The notes under the pieces were generated by a model. It had not been told where the DNA came from, made no database searches, and saw only the letters and a list, made by a program, of their open reading frames with translations. Below, piece by piece: positions 9,342 through 18,610 of a stretch of DNA of 64,000 nt. Source of the stretch: Patescibacteria group bacterium (lineage in GTDB: Bacteria; Patescibacteriota; Minisyncoccia; Phycocordibacterales; PALSA-1337); contig JAZKJN010000004.1 of assembly GCA_040384285.1 (NCBI GenBank), forward strand, positions 28,810 through 92,809, written 5' to 3'. Every line of letters begins with the position of its first letter. Within the stretch, counting starts at the first letter, position 1. The translations under genes and the position numbers were made by a program.

Positions 9342-9857
9342 ATGATTATGAAAATCGTAGCTGGGGATATTACATCTCCAGCAAACCTCAGCAACATCAT
9401 CATTGGGATGAACACTGAACTCGGAGAACTTTCTGCTCTCGGTCGGCAGGTTTTGAAAGATACGCTCCCTCCGCCAGAATTGATTGACCTAGGAACGGTA
9501 TTGACCTTCCAGTACGACAGCGCTCGCCTTATCCACATGCTGATCTGTCATCATCTTGGCAGTGGAGGATGGCGCAACTCGGACAACTACGTCCGTGTTG
9601 GTATGGACCACATATGGTCTACCTTGAGGTTTCCACATTACAGCATCGTCGAAATCGGAAAAGGTGAGGTCGGACAAAGAGACGGTGCCAATGCACCGAA
9701 AATCCTCGAGGCAATCGCGAGTAGTTACCTTCCCGTGACTCTGTTCATACGTGGAGGTGATGAAATCACCGCTTCTGAACCGATGATATCTCCGCCCCAA
9801 AAACTTCAGTTTATCTCGGGATTCAGTCCGAAAAACGGTAACCTTGTCACAGCATGA
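9342..9857 (+). CDS. hypothetical protein (171 aa), weak macro-domain-like N-terminus
   Basis: KIVAGDITSP...IIIGMNTELG resembles the macro GDIT/NAAN block, but the rest is not diagnostic. Has its own terminator at 9897-9931. Confidence 0.4.
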   Translation: MIMKIVAGDITSPANLSNIIIGMNTELGELSALGRQVLKDTLPPPELIDLGTVLTFQYDSARLIHMLICHHLGSGGWRNSDNYVRVGMDHIWSTLRFPHYSIVEIGKGEVGQRDGANAPKILEAIASSYLPVTLFIRGGDEITASEPMISPPQKLQFISGFSPKNGNLVTA

Positions 9858-9987
9858 GTGACTTGCCCATATTCGAGGAGTAGAAGCTTGGTACATCCGC
9901 CAGATGCAAATGTCTGGCGGTTTTTTATTTCAATTTATATTTGACAATACATATTAAAAATGTCAGCCTACTGTTAGTTGATTTTCA

Positions 9988-9995
9988 CCCCCCCC
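9988..9995. repeat. poly-C tract (C8) in the 5' region of the 10012 gene
   Basis: caccccccccaag, 17-24 nt upstream of ATG 10012. Confidence 0.8.
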
Positions 9996-10011
9996 AAGAC
10001 TCTTTAACAAT

Positions 10012-10584
10012 ATGATTCCCTATCACTCTGGATATCTTGATTCGATGGCTAATGAAGACACAAAGCTATTGGTTGAGTTGTCACTTACCTCCCTGTTTGC
10101 AACAAAAATATATCTCAATCACTTTCACCAAATTCGTGAACATTTTAAGGCTTCGAGCACATGGTGCCATCTCACCGCACGTGTGGTTGCTGATGTATTT
10201 TCCGACTACTCGCTAACCGTCGTCGATGGATGTGTCTACGACATCGAATGCGAGATTCAAAAAGAGGCGACGCCTTGCCTCACTCACACCTGGCATTCAT
10301 GGTGCAAAACACGCAATGGCTCCATACTCGATGCAGCACCGGTCGGTGCACTTTCATTTATGCCGGTCTTGTACGCCAAAGAGAAAGGAGTCAGAATTCC
10401 GAGGTGCACCTATGTCAATAACCGTTACCACGAAACGGGCGCCGGAAAAGAAGAGCTCCAAAAAGCTTTGCTCTCTGAGAAATATCAGAAAGCTTATGCA
10501 CCCTACGTCAACCTTCTTCGACAAGCCCGTACAGAAGCAAAACAGTGGGAATGGAAGGAGAAAACTTTAGTTCATGCCCCCTAA
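10012..10584 (+). CDS. transglutaminase-like / papain-fold cysteine peptidase-like protein (190 aa)
   Basis: The ordered motifs SSTWCHLTAR ... THTWHSWCKTRNGSILDAAP match the Cys...His...Asp core of the transglutaminase-like superfamily. Confidence 0.4.
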   Translation: MIPYHSGYLDSMANEDTKLLVELSLTSLFATKIYLNHFHQIREHFKASSTWCHLTARVVADVFSDYSLTVVDGCVYDIECEIQKEATPCLTHTWHSWCKTRNGSILDAAPVGALSFMPVLYAKEKGVRIPRCTYVNNRYHETGAGKEELQKALLSEKYQKAYAPYVNLLRQARTEAKQWEWKEKTLVHAP

Positions 10585-10611
10585 CAGATGTTAGGTGGTT
10601 TTTTTATTTTC
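10580..10611 (+). terminator. rho-independent terminator (CCTAAC/GTTAGG stem + T7 ATTTTC)
   Basis: cctaacagatgttaggtggtttttttattttc. Confidence 0.6.
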
Positions 10612-10620
10612 TCCTCTTGG

Positions 10621-10695
10621 TTGACGAATCTTTATAATAATGGTATGTTCATGAGTAGTTTTTGCAGTTTCAACAACAAATGCCAGAGGTAAAGT
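10621..10695 (+). promoter_or_regulatory. promoter (TTGACG-17-TATGTT) plus conserved 5' leader, module copy 1
   Basis: ttgacgaatctttataataatggtatgtt...tagtttttgcagtttcaacaacaaa is shared with 11116-11190. The TTGAC-to-ATG distance is 75 nt in both. Confidence 0.5.
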
Positions 10696-11040
10696 ATGAC
10701 AAAAAAGCAATTGAGGAAACTCTCAAAAGGAGACATCGTCCAGGACCGGAACGGATACGGTTTCAGTGTCCTGGGAACCTACGGAATGCATGCCAAAGTG
10801 ATCAGGACCATCACTATCACGAATGTTTCTGAGTGGAGACTAGAGAATGGAGAGCCTATTCAATCACTCCGTCAGTTAAAGCTCGGCACCACCATACGAC
10901 ATGAGGGAATGCACAATGACATCCTCACCATCGTTGAAGCCGGGAATAAGAAGTCTTTGACGGCTGTACGGATGAAAAAAATCACCGCAAGAAACATTCG
11001 GCATTGGAAATTCGTGTTTCGATGCATGTACAAGAAGTAG
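10696..11040 (+). CDS. hypothetical protein (114 aa)
   Basis: ORF with GAGG RBS, its own promoter and terminator. Confidence 0.5.
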   Translation: MTKKQLRKLSKGDIVQDRNGYGFSVLGTYGMHAKVIRTITITNVSEWRLENGEPIQSLRQLKLGTTIRHEGMHNDILTIVEAGNKKSLTAVRMKKITARNIRHWKFVFRCMYKK

Positions 11041-11052
11041 TATCAACGAAAC

Positions 11053-11106
11053 CCCGCCCACAAACAAGAAGTTCACCCCTTCAGTTCAGGCGGTTTTTTT
11101 ATTTAC
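11053..11106 (+). terminator. rho-independent terminator, GGCGG-T7-ATTT family
   Basis: ccccgcccacaaacaagaagttcaccccttcagttcaggcggtttttttattta; homologous to 8167-8216. Confidence 0.5.
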
Positions 11107-11115
11107 CCATCTCTA

Positions 11116-11190
11116 TTGACTAATCTTTATAAAGATGTTATTTTTCGAATAGTTTTTGCAGTTTCAACAACAAACAATTCAGGAAAACTT
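11116..11190 (+). promoter_or_regulatory. promoter (TTGACT) plus conserved 5' leader, module copy 2
   Basis: ttgactaatctttataaagatgttatttttcgaatagtttttgcagtttcaacaacaaa. Confidence 0.5.
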
Positions 11191-11601
11191 ATGAAGAATC
11201 TGTACGTCCTTACCGTCATCGCCGGACTTTCTTTTGGTATTTGGCCACTCGTCATGAACAGGAGCGGATTGCATGGCAATATTGCCTCCATTGTCCTTGC
11301 CACCTCCACAATGCTCTGCGTACTTCCCTTTTCTTTCGGGAAACTTGGAGCCCTCGGTCAAACAAATTGGTGGCTCGCGATCACAGCAGGTATCATGAGT
11401 GCAATCGGCATTACTGCATTCAACAGCATGCTATCAAGAGTTAACCAAGTAGACGTAAGTACGTTTCTTGCTCTCATGGTACTTGTTCAAGTAAGTTGTC
11501 CCGTGATCCATCAGCTCATAGCAGGAGATGGGTTTAGCGTGGTAAAAGGTTGTGGCTTTGCACTTGCTGCGATTGCCGCACTCCTTCTCATCAAAGGATG
11601 A
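11191..11601 (+). CDS. small integral membrane protein (4 predicted TM, 136 aa), possible half-size DMT/SMR-like transporter
   Basis: Hydrophobic segments VLTVIAGLSFGIWPLV, IASIVLATSTMLCVLPF, WWLAITAGIMSAIGITAF and ALMVLVQVSCPVI. AGGAAAA RBS. The track ORF start at 11116 lies in the promoter. Confidence 0.55.
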   Translation: MKNLYVLTVIAGLSFGIWPLVMNRSGLHGNIASIVLATSTMLCVLPFSFGKLGALGQTNWWLAITAGIMSAIGITAFNSMLSRVNQVDVSTFLALMVLVQVSCPVIHQLIAGDGFSVVKGCGFALAAIAALLLIKG

Positions 11602-11714
11602 CCCGCACTGCGTTTCGAACGTAGGCGGTTTTTTATTTAAACAAAAAACTGCCTTCATGGATACTAAAAAAGAGCCGCGGTTAAACCGACGACTCCTTGA
11701 CGCACACTGCCCCA

Positions 11715-12461
11715 TTACCACCTCCGCAATACGTCAACGGGTATCCCCTCGCAAGGAATATCGTCAACAAACATTGAACGAATCTTGTCATCACCAACTG
11801 TCACTACCATCGCGATCTTCAAAACAGCGATGACATTTCCGTGAGAATCGATGATCGGTGCACCACTACAGCCCACGTCTATCGCGGACGTATTGTCCAA
11901 ATTCTTCAGTTCTAAACCGAAGGCTTCTGGTACAAGTCCACCATCACGAAGACCCCATTCGTAGTAGGTTAGCTCACCTTTTCCGAGGTGCAACTTACGA
12001 CCAACAACGTAACCAATACTCTGTACGGGTTCCTCTCTGGGAGGACTCTTTTCACTTATAGTGAGAGGGTACGCACCTGGAAAGGGGTGCTGGAGTTCCA
12101 GGACAGCGATACCATCACCACCAATTTTTTTACTGAACACGAGGCGAGCCTTGTTCCTTTGGAGCGTTTTCGATTGTCCCGTGGAGTCAGTCTGGAAGAG
12201 TTCCAGTTCTGTCCAGTTAGAATCAATGAGCATGATCTTAACACCATGCAGTACCGTCACCAGATTGGTACTGGAGCGATGGAACCATGCCGTACTTTCA
12301 ACATGTAAGGCATTTGTGCCATGGAGTTTAATCATCTCCACATCATTCGTTACGTATCGACGTAACAAAACGGTCGATCGTTCACGATCAGTGAGTTTGG
12401 GTTCAGCCGAGAATGCCGTCACAGGTATGACGAGAACAGAGATCAGCAACATCAGTTTCAT
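11715..12461 (-). CDS. secreted trypsin-like (S1 family) serine protease
   Basis: Signal peptide MKLMLLISVLVIPVTAFSA. DGIAVLEL Asp region and GCSGAPII, equivalent to the GDSGGP catalytic Ser. Confidence 0.6.
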   Translation of the reverse strand: MKLMLLISVLVIPVTAFSAEPKLTDRERSTVLLRRYVTNDVEMIKLHGTNALHVESTAWFHRSSTNLVTVLHGVKIMLIDSNWTELELFQTDSTGQSKTLQRNKARLVFSKKIGGDGIAVLELQHPFPGAYPLTISEKSPPREEPVQSIGYVVGRKLHLGKGELTYYEWGLRDGGLVPEAFGLELKNLDNTSAIDVGCSGAPIIDSHGNVIAVLKIAMVVTVGDDKIRSMFVDDIPCEGIPVDVLRRW

Positions 12462-12563
12462 AATTCCTTTCTTTTTCGAATATGAGCGGTATGCCCACAT
12501 TTCACAACTAAGGTGATACTACATCTTAGACGCGCTGAATACAAGAGAGAGGAACTGCTATAG

Positions 12564-12592
12564 TTGACAATCATAGCAACCTATGCTATGGT
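12564..12592 (+). promoter_or_regulatory. sigma70-like promoter TTGACA-17-TATGGT
   Basis: ttgacaatcatagcaacctatgctatggt. Confidence 0.5.
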
Positions 12593-12601
12593 GCTTTCTG
12601 G

Positions 12602-13072
12602 TTGGTCAAAACGACCTTCGAAAGAAAAAATATGAAAAACTTTGTTGTGGTCCCAGCGATTGAATACCTCATGAGGGAATACCACGGTGGTTTGCTTCAA
12701 GTGATGAGGCACAGAGGCCAAACACAGGCTCAGGCTGCGGATTTTTTGGGGATCTCGGTCCCCACTTTCCACAAAATCCTGCGTATGCGGTGGCAGCTGA
12801 ACTTCCACTCTACGCGGGGTCAAGACTTGTCCAACAGCTTCGAGCGTTGGAGCGGTCTGCCGATCGATGTTCTGTTCCCGCCGGCCTTCTTTACAAAGCA
12901 GTTTGTCGAAAGAAACAAGACACACAGGGCATCGCACCCCCTTACCTTGCTCATGCAGGCAGGAGATCACCATAGCATCACCCTCCAACTCACCGAGGTC
13001 TCGCAATCCCCTAAGGCTTCTGCTCCGGAAACAAAGAAGAGGCGGAGGAAGCGACGTTCCAAGAATAAATAA
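12602..13072 (+). CDS. HTH DNA-binding protein with highly basic C-terminal tail
   Basis: QAQAADFLGISVPTFHKILR is a Fis/LuxR-type HTH; C-terminal KKRRRKRRSKNK; own promoter and terminator. The antisense ORF 12581-13111 is judged spurious. Confidence 0.5.
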   Translation: MVKTTFERKNMKNFVVVPAIEYLMREYHGGLLQVMRHRGQTQAQAADFLGISVPTFHKILRMRWQLNFHSTRGQDLSNSFERWSGLPIDVLFPPAFFTKQFVERNKTHRASHPLTLLMQAGDHHSITLQLTEVSQSPKASAPETKKRRRKRRSKNK

Positions 13073-13089
13073 TTCCTCTCCCCTTATCT

Positions 13090-13099
13090 CCCCCCCCCC
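13090..13099. repeat. poly-C tract (C10) between the stop of 12602-13072 and its terminator
   Basis: tctccccccccccacg. Confidence 0.8.
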
Positions 13100-13104
13100 A
13101 CGTC

Positions 13105-13137
13105 CCGCCATGCGCTATGCTGGCGGTTTTTTTATTT
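13105..13137 (+). terminator. rho-independent terminator CCGCCA/TGGCGG + T7 ATTTG
   Basis: ccgccatgcgctatgctggcggtttttttatttg. Confidence 0.6.
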
Positions 13138-13217
13138 GACAAACCTCCTCCAGATGATATTTTTTAGGTAAACTGCCAGGGGGATATCACTTCCCTCCCT
13201 TCACAAGGAAACTTTAA
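13136..13217 (+). promoter_or_regulatory. promoter (TTGACA) plus conserved leader module B copy 1 (core GGTAAACTGCCAGGGGGATATCACTTCCCTCCCTTCA)
   Basis: About 85% identical over ~80 nt to 21712-21794. TTGACA-to-ATG is 82 nt here and 83 nt there. Confidence 0.5.
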
Positions 13218-13637
13218 ATGCCTCTCTATACCACTGAATATGTAAAAAATCTGAGTACCGGAAAACCCTTCACACTTTGTGTCACTGGTACGTCTCTAGA
13301 ACGCCTGGAATGCCAGAAAGGATGCCTCGCTGCCACGGGAAAAACTCCTTTAGGCACGAGAGTGGAAGGACTCGTAAGGACTTATGAATTCTCCTTCTTT
13401 GCCTCCTATCATGAAGTTCTCAAGATCTTCTGGGACACCGGATTCACTCCCGAACTCCTTACCCAAATCCTCCAAGAGTTTGGCGTAAAGGAGACATTCA
13501 TCGAAAAGCTACTCGAAGACGAGGAGTACATTTCTAAAGCAAGACCTTTGTTTAAAGGAATCACCTGCGATGGAGAGAGGGCAGCAGATACGATGAAAGC
13601 TGTTTACGATCTCACCAAAGGCTATTACTCACTTTGA
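13218..13637 (+). CDS. hypothetical protein (139 aa)
   Basis: ORF behind module B, terminator at 13658-13685. Confidence 0.5.
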   Translation: MPLYTTEYVKNLSTGKPFTLCVTGTSLERLECQKGCLAATGKTPLGTRVEGLVRTYEFSFFASYHEVLKIFWDTGFTPELLTQILQEFGVKETFIEKLLEDEEYISKARPLFKGITCDGERAADTMKAVYDLTKGYYSL

Positions 13638-13765
13638 GTTCCGTGCAAACCAACACCCCAGGCAACTGGCGGTTTTTTTATTTCTTTTTCTTGCTTTTCT
13701 TTGTTAAAAGCGTACGATACGGGACAGTTTAGCAAGAAGAAAAATTCAACACGAAAGGATCCCTT

Positions 13766-14305
13766 ATGACCCCGTTGGTAAGCTTCCAGAAACACATCAT
13801 CACAATCCTGTTTCGCCTTTTGGCCGAAAGTCCTATATATCTCCATGACTTAGCAACTCGTTGCAAAGGTCTAGAAGAAGGTCTCCTTCCGGGTGACCGC
13901 GATATTCTCGTGGAAAGAGGATTGCAGTTTCCAGAGTTTCCGAAGGAAGCTTGGGACACTGAAAAAGCCTGCTTAGAAATCATTATGGAACAGATCGACA
14001 CTACCGGTCCCGAGATAAAGATCAGGAATCTTCTCGGCTCACCCCTCTATTATCATGGTCCTCCCATCGGATGGAAGGAGTACAAAGAAAGGGGTGGTGG
14101 TTATCCGAGCATTCTGCGAACTAAGCATGTTGCTCAGCCGAGTACCCTGAAAGTCGGAGATATTTTGGGCACCGGTGAGGAGATTATCTCACCGCCTCGT
14201 GAGGGTGGAAATGGGAGCGTCCTTATCCATCTTGCGGGTGGAGACCGAGGGACTTGGCTAGACGTCCCCGCACGCATTCCTCTGGCGCTATTGTGCGAGG
14301 AATAG
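13766..14305 (+). CDS. hypothetical protein (179 aa)
   Basis: ORF followed by a terminator near 14335-14366. Confidence 0.45.
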   Translation: MTPLVSFQKHIITILFRLLAESPIYLHDLATRCKGLEEGLLPGDRDILVERGLQFPEFPKEAWDTEKACLEIIMEQIDTTGPEIKIRNLLGSPLYYHGPPIGWKEYKERGGGYPSILRTKHVAQPSTLKVGDILGTGEEIISPPREGGNGSVLIHLAGGDRGTWLDVPARIPLALLCEE

Positions 14306-14364
14306 ATCAAAAGAACGACACCTGCACTCACCTTCGCGGTCCGTGCGGTTTTTTTATTTCTCTT

Positions 14365-14613
14365 TTATCTCCGTAGCAATTTTACAATCCCGATCAATAC
14401 AACAGACCCTATCAAGGCGACAATAAAGCTATATATATTAAATCCCCCGACTCCTCCCTGACCAAAAAACCTCATGATAAATCCGCCCAGAAAGGCGCCT
14501 ACGATTCCAACGATGATGTTAAGAAGCATTCCCTGCTCAGCATTAGTATTCATTATCATTGATGCAATCCACCCTACAATACCTCCAAAAATAATCCAAA
14601 GTATTATTTCCAT
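14365..14613 (-). CDS. GlsB/YeaQ/YmgE-family small membrane protein (transglycosylase-associated protein family)
   Basis: IILWIIFGGIVGWIASMIM...NIIVGIVGAFLGGFI...FIVALIGSVVLIGIVKLL is the characteristic repeated G-rich TM pattern. Confidence 0.7.
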   Translation of the reverse strand: MEIILWIIFGGIVGWIASMIMNTNAEQGMLLNIIVGIVGAFLGGFIMRFFGQGGVGGFNIYSFIVALIGSVVLIGIVKLLRR

Positions 14614-14719
14614 AATGTTATATATTAATTACATGAGTGTTAATGAATAAACGTCACACAATAGAGGAGACGTTGGTCAAAAGAAAGTCTTACACAGAAA
14701 ATTACGATATAATAGAGTC

Positions 14720-14896
14720 ATGACATCATTCCTAAAAAAATATTGGGCTTCCCTTCTCATCGCCATTCTTGGAACTGCGATTATTATGACTACCTGGATA
14801 GCCAATGGTATAGATAGTGAGGATGGTTGGCTGTATATCTTTTGTATTTTCCTGATTCTTCACAGTGCGTGGATTACGATTCCAAAGAAAAAGTAG
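14720..14896 (+). CDS. possible small membrane protein (58 aa), candidate leaderless mRNA
   Basis: TATAAT at 14708-14713, then 6 nt, then ATG. Two hydrophobic helices. Absent from the ORF track because it is under 60 aa. Confidence 0.25.
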   Translation: MTSFLKKYWASLLIAILGTAIIMTTWIANGIDSEDGWLYIFCIFLILHSAWITIPKKK

Positions 14897-14954
14897 TGTG
14901 CTACAATTTACCTCATAGTTTTTTATTAAAGTTTCTCGACCATTAACATATTTC

Positions 14955-16706
14955 ATGAAATACAAAAATTCGAAGACGTTTATAATCGCCGGGTTAGGAA
15001 TACTCGTCCTAGCAGCACTCATAACTGCCAGTGTACAGACGAAAACATACCTCACATCGCTCGCACAACAGTCGGGCTCAAACTTAGCAGCAGTGACAGC
15101 TGAAGGTATTGTCGTATCAGCTCAGACCAACAACCAGTCAAGCATCAAGCTTACCTGGTCAACGGGTGCGCCCAATACTTTTAGCATCGAGAGATCTCTC
15201 ACTTCTACTGGTCCATTTACAGAGGTGACGACAGTAGGAAAAAGAGTTCTAACTTACACAGACAATGGTCTAACTCCAAGCACTCCGTATTATTATCGTA
15301 TTCGTTCATTCGTTCAGAAAGGAAGAAATACCACCTACTCTCCATATTCTAACGTTGCCACAGCGAGAACATCGGATCCAGACACAGTTTCTCCTACGGT
15401 AAGCATCACTTCACCGCAGGATGGTCAGTCTTTCTCTGAAACTGTTACGGTAAATGCTTCAGCATCTGACAATGTCGCAGTAACAAAAGTAGAACTATGG
15501 CAAAATGGATCACTTGCAGCAACCGATTCATCTGCACCGTATAGTTTTGTTCAGAATATTGCAGTTGGAGCACCCACAACCTTTACTTTCTTGGTAAAAG
15601 CTTTTGATGCAGCAAACAACAGCGCAACATCATCTTCTATATCAATCACAGCAGTACCACCACCATCGACAGTAGTAACTGCTGATAAAGTTCTTGTCGT
15701 CTACAACACAAACTCACCTGACAGTATTGCCTTGAAAGATTACTACATCGCAAACCGACCTGAATTTGGAGGAGTAAACGTCCTCGGAGTCGCTACAGAT
15801 GATGCTGAGATAACAAGCCAGCCAACTTTCAACACTACAATAAGACAACCCATCGTCGACTGGATGCAAGCAAACACTTTGAAACCTATCTACTACATCG
15901 TCATGGTTCGAGGTATACCAGATCGAGTTTCTGGAGCAGCGAGTGTTGATCACCAGATGAGCAAGGCATACTCTGATCTCGGAATCAGGACAGGTTCATA
16001 TTATGCGGGAGGTACCGGTCTTATATTCTCTCCCTCAAAATATCCTGGTACCACAGCCCTCGTCACACACCTCAACATGGGTTCTCTCGAAGCAACTCAA
16101 GCATATATTGATAAGTTGAAAGTGGTTTACAATGCGATGCCAACACCCAACATCGTCATTTCCGGATCAGCCGGAGGACAGGCAGGTACAAACTACTTCC
16201 TCGACGAAGCACAGGGATACTCTGGATACCCTCTCATTCATACCGACAAGAACAAGCTCACATCTTCTGGAGTATCGAGCTCTCGAATCACCTACACAGC
16301 ACAGGCAAGTTCTACCCATATTACCCAAGCTACTGACGTCCTTGGATTTGAGACATGGGGAGCAAACGGAGGTATCGGAGGTGAATATGCAAACAATGGC
16401 TCAATAACATTCAGTGGAAAATCTTCATGGTACCTCATAAAGACAATTGAATCATTTAATGGACAATGGAGCACAAGCCAGGGAAATTTCATTGACTGGT
16501 TTAGTAGCAATGCATTTGGAGGAACAAACTATTCAAATACTCCCATCGGAGCGACCACTCACGTAGAGGAACCTTACACCAGTGGAGTTGCAGGTTCATC
16601 ATATCTTGCAGACTGGGAAAAGGGCCTCCTCTTTGTAGAGGCAGCCTGGGATAGCAAGCAGACCGTGTATTTCATGGCAGTAGGAGACCCCCTCATCACT
16701 CGTTAA
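14955..16706 (+). CDS. membrane-anchored surface protein with fibronectin type III and Ig-like domains plus a ~340-aa C-terminal domain of unknown function
   Basis: N-terminal TM IIAGLGILVLAALI. FN3 motif LTPSTPYYYRIRS. Ig-like SPTVSITSPQDGQSF...VAVTKVELWQNGSL. Hairpin terminator at 16715-16748. Confidence 0.6.
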   Translation: MKYKNSKTFIIAGLGILVLAALITASVQTKTYLTSLAQQSGSNLAAVTAEGIVVSAQTNNQSSIKLTWSTGAPNTFSIERSLTSTGPFTEVTTVGKRVLTYTDNGLTPSTPYYYRIRSFVQKGRNTTYSPYSNVATARTSDPDTVSPTVSITSPQDGQSFSETVTVNASASDNVAVTKVELWQNGSLAATDSSAPYSFVQNIAVGAPTTFTFLVKAFDAANNSATSSSISITAVPPPSTVVTADKVLVVYNTNSPDSIALKDYYIANRPEFGGVNVLGVATDDAEITSQPTFNTTIRQPIVDWMQANTLKPIYYIVMVRGIPDRVSGAASVDHQMSKAYSDLGIRTGSYYAGGTGLIFSPSKYPGTTALVTHLNMGSLEATQAYIDKLKVVYNAMPTPNIVISGSAGGQAGTNYFLDEAQGYSGYPLIHTDKNKLTSSGVSSSRITYTAQASSTHITQATDVLGFETWGANGGIGGEYANNGSITFSGKSSWYLIKTIESFNGQWSTSQGNFIDWFSSNAFGGTNYSNTPIGATTHVEEPYTSGVAGSSYLADWEKGLLFVEAAWDSKQTVYFMAVGDPLITR

Positions 16707-16815
16707 ATAGTATTCACATAAAAACCACTGTTCCTTTCAGTGGTTTTTTGTTGTATAATGGAAGAAGTCAGTAGCTATGCTATTGCGTAGCAATTTAATT
16801 TAAACTTAAACACAT

Positions 16816-17427
16816 ATGAAATCAAAACTAACCCTAGCAACCATCATGGCCATTGTCTCTCTGGTAACAGTGAGCGTGGCACAGGCCCAGATTCCTGAAG
16901 TAAAACTGAAGGCAAATGTAAACGTAAACGCATCTGCCTCAACTTCAACATCTACAAAAGATCGAGGTAATGCCACAAGTTCAGCTGTAAAGAAAGATCA
17001 CGCTTCAACCACTTCAGACACTCGAAGTGACGTGTCAACATTTGTTCAGAAGCTCCTTTCTGTAGCTGATCGAGATGGAGGTATCGGATCAGAGGTTCGT
17101 GTTATCGCCCAGTCTCAAAACGACTCAGCATCGACAACAGCTTCTGCTATGACGAAGGTCAATGAACGAAGTTCATTGAAGACATTCTTGGCAGGAACTG
17201 ATTATAAAAACCTCGGCGCAATCCGAAGTGAAATTGCCACAACATCTGCAAACATTGCTCGACTCAAGGCCCTTCTTGATCGAACAACAGATGCTACCGT
17301 AAAGGCAGAACTCACACTTGAGATCGAAGCTCTCGAAGATGAGCAGGCACGAGCAGAAGCTTTCATAGAGACAAACGAAAGCAAGTTTAGCCTCTTTGGA
17401 TGGTTCAATAAGTTGTTTGTGAAGTAA
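16816..17427 (+). CDS. secreted protein (signal peptide, Ser/Thr-rich linker, coiled-coil C-terminus)
   Basis: Signal peptide MKSKLTLATIMAIVSLVTVSVAQA; ORF ends at a bidirectional terminator. Confidence 0.5.
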   Translation: MKSKLTLATIMAIVSLVTVSVAQAQIPEVKLKANVNVNASASTSTSTKDRGNATSSAVKKDHASTTSDTRSDVSTFVQKLLSVADRDGGIGSEVRVIAQSQNDSASTTASAMTKVNERSSLKTFLAGTDYKNLGAIRSEIATTSANIARLKALLDRTTDATVKAELTLEIEALEDEQARAEAFIETNESKFSLFGWFNKLFVK

Positions 17428-17457
17428 CTACCTCTTTACAAAAAGAAGCATAAAAAA

Positions 17458-17495
17458 GGCCCCGGAGATCACTCTCTGGGGCTTGTGCTTTTTAG
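17458..17495. terminator. bidirectional hairpin terminator between convergent genes
   Basis: aaaaaaggccccggagatcactctctggggcttgtgcttttt. Confidence 0.6.
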
Positions 17496-17510
17496 GCTTT
17501 CAGAAACAGA

Positions 17511-18398
17511 TTACTTGCCGATACTCGATTGCGCGGCGGAATTGATCATGAACTTGCGTTCGCTCTGGCTCACGGTCCCTGCCTTGAAGAGCTTGTTGGC
17601 AAGCTCGACGACGCAGGAGACGTATTCACCATGATCCGAAGCGTTTTCAGTGGCGCACTTGTTGATCTGATCTTGGATCGAGCAGCCGAACGTGTTCACA
17701 ACTTCACCGAGCACCGTATTCGGGCACTGGTCGATGCTGTTCGGCACACCATCACCATCATCGTCAGGGGGCAGAGGGCCGCCGGCGCCGACAATCACGG
17801 TGATTGCCACCGTAGCGATACGAGCTCCATTGGGACCTGCACCAGCAGCCACCGCATAGAGCGTGTAGGTGTAGGTCGCATCGAGGTTGGCATCAAGTCC
17901 GTAGAACACGATGTTCTGGGACTGCTGTGCAACTGTCGAGACAGGTGCGTGTGTACTCGCAGGACCTTCGACACCTTGACCGTTGAGCGTGCTCGCCGTG
18001 CCGTAGGAGTTGTCAGCCCACTGAGTGAGGACGTTCACCACCAGTTTGTTTACACCTGTGGAGTGATCGAGGTCGATCTCCATGTAGTATTCGTAACTGT
18101 CGAGAGTACTCGACTTGGAGTTCACAGAGAGCTCCCAGTTCCACCGAGCCCGGTTGTTGTTGGGCGCCTGGAGACCGGCCGGGACGTTGTACACGCCGCC
18201 GACGTTCGCCGTCGATGCATTCTCGCGGTTCTTGGCGCGCAAGCCCAAAGTAAGGGCCGGTTCGTCAGAGACGGTCCACCCATCGTTCGGATTACCAGCA
18301 CCAAAGATGGCGACGATATTCTGATTGAAGAGGAGGGCCGCCGAAGCAGTGAGGACGATGACGCTAAAAAGGGTCAAAGCTAGAAGGTTCTTTTTCAT
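17511..18398 (-). CDS. secreted protein with thrombospondin type-3-like Ca-binding repeat
   Basis: Signal peptide MKKNLLALTLFSVIVLTASAA and PPDDDGDGVPNSIDQCPNT. The longer track ORF start at 18515 is unlikely. The 284-aa antisense ORF on + is a shadow. Confidence 0.5.
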   Translation of the reverse strand: MKKNLLALTLFSVIVLTASAALLFNQNIVAIFGAGNPNDGWTVSDEPALTLGLRAKNRENASTANVGGVYNVPAGLQAPNNNRARWNWELSVNSKSSTLDSYEYYMEIDLDHSTGVNKLVVNVLTQWADNSYGTASTLNGQGVEGPASTHAPVSTVAQQSQNIVFYGLDANLDATYTYTLYAVAAGAGPNGARIATVAITVIVGAGGPLPPDDDGDGVPNSIDQCPNTVLGEVVNTFGCSIQDQINKCATENASDHGEYVSCVVELANKLFKAGTVSQSERKFMINSAAQSSIGK

Positions 18399-18610
18399 GT
18401 GTATCTGTATTCCGTTTTTTCGTATTTGTACTTTTTCCAAATATGTGGTGCTGTAAGTTGCCACCAGCATTTTTGGACCGGATACCAGAGTAACACAACA
18501 GGTAAAATAAGTCAAAGCCTACTCCGTATCGTATTTTTTGTATCCTTTGTGATACCTGAGATCTTTCATGAGCTTGGTGGGGGTGAATCGGCAACCGTTT
18601 TTAAACGTAA

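Noticed and set aside
12581-13111. 176-aa minus ORF
   Set aside because: It overlaps the + strand HTH gene, which has a consensus promoter and terminator, and its GC-rich Arg/Gly composition is typical of antisense reading.
17529-18383. 284-aa + strand ORF
   Set aside because: It is fully antisense to the secreted TSP3-repeat gene (17511-18398 -), which has a signal peptide and domain logic. Arg/Val-rich low-complexity translation is typical of a shadow ORF.
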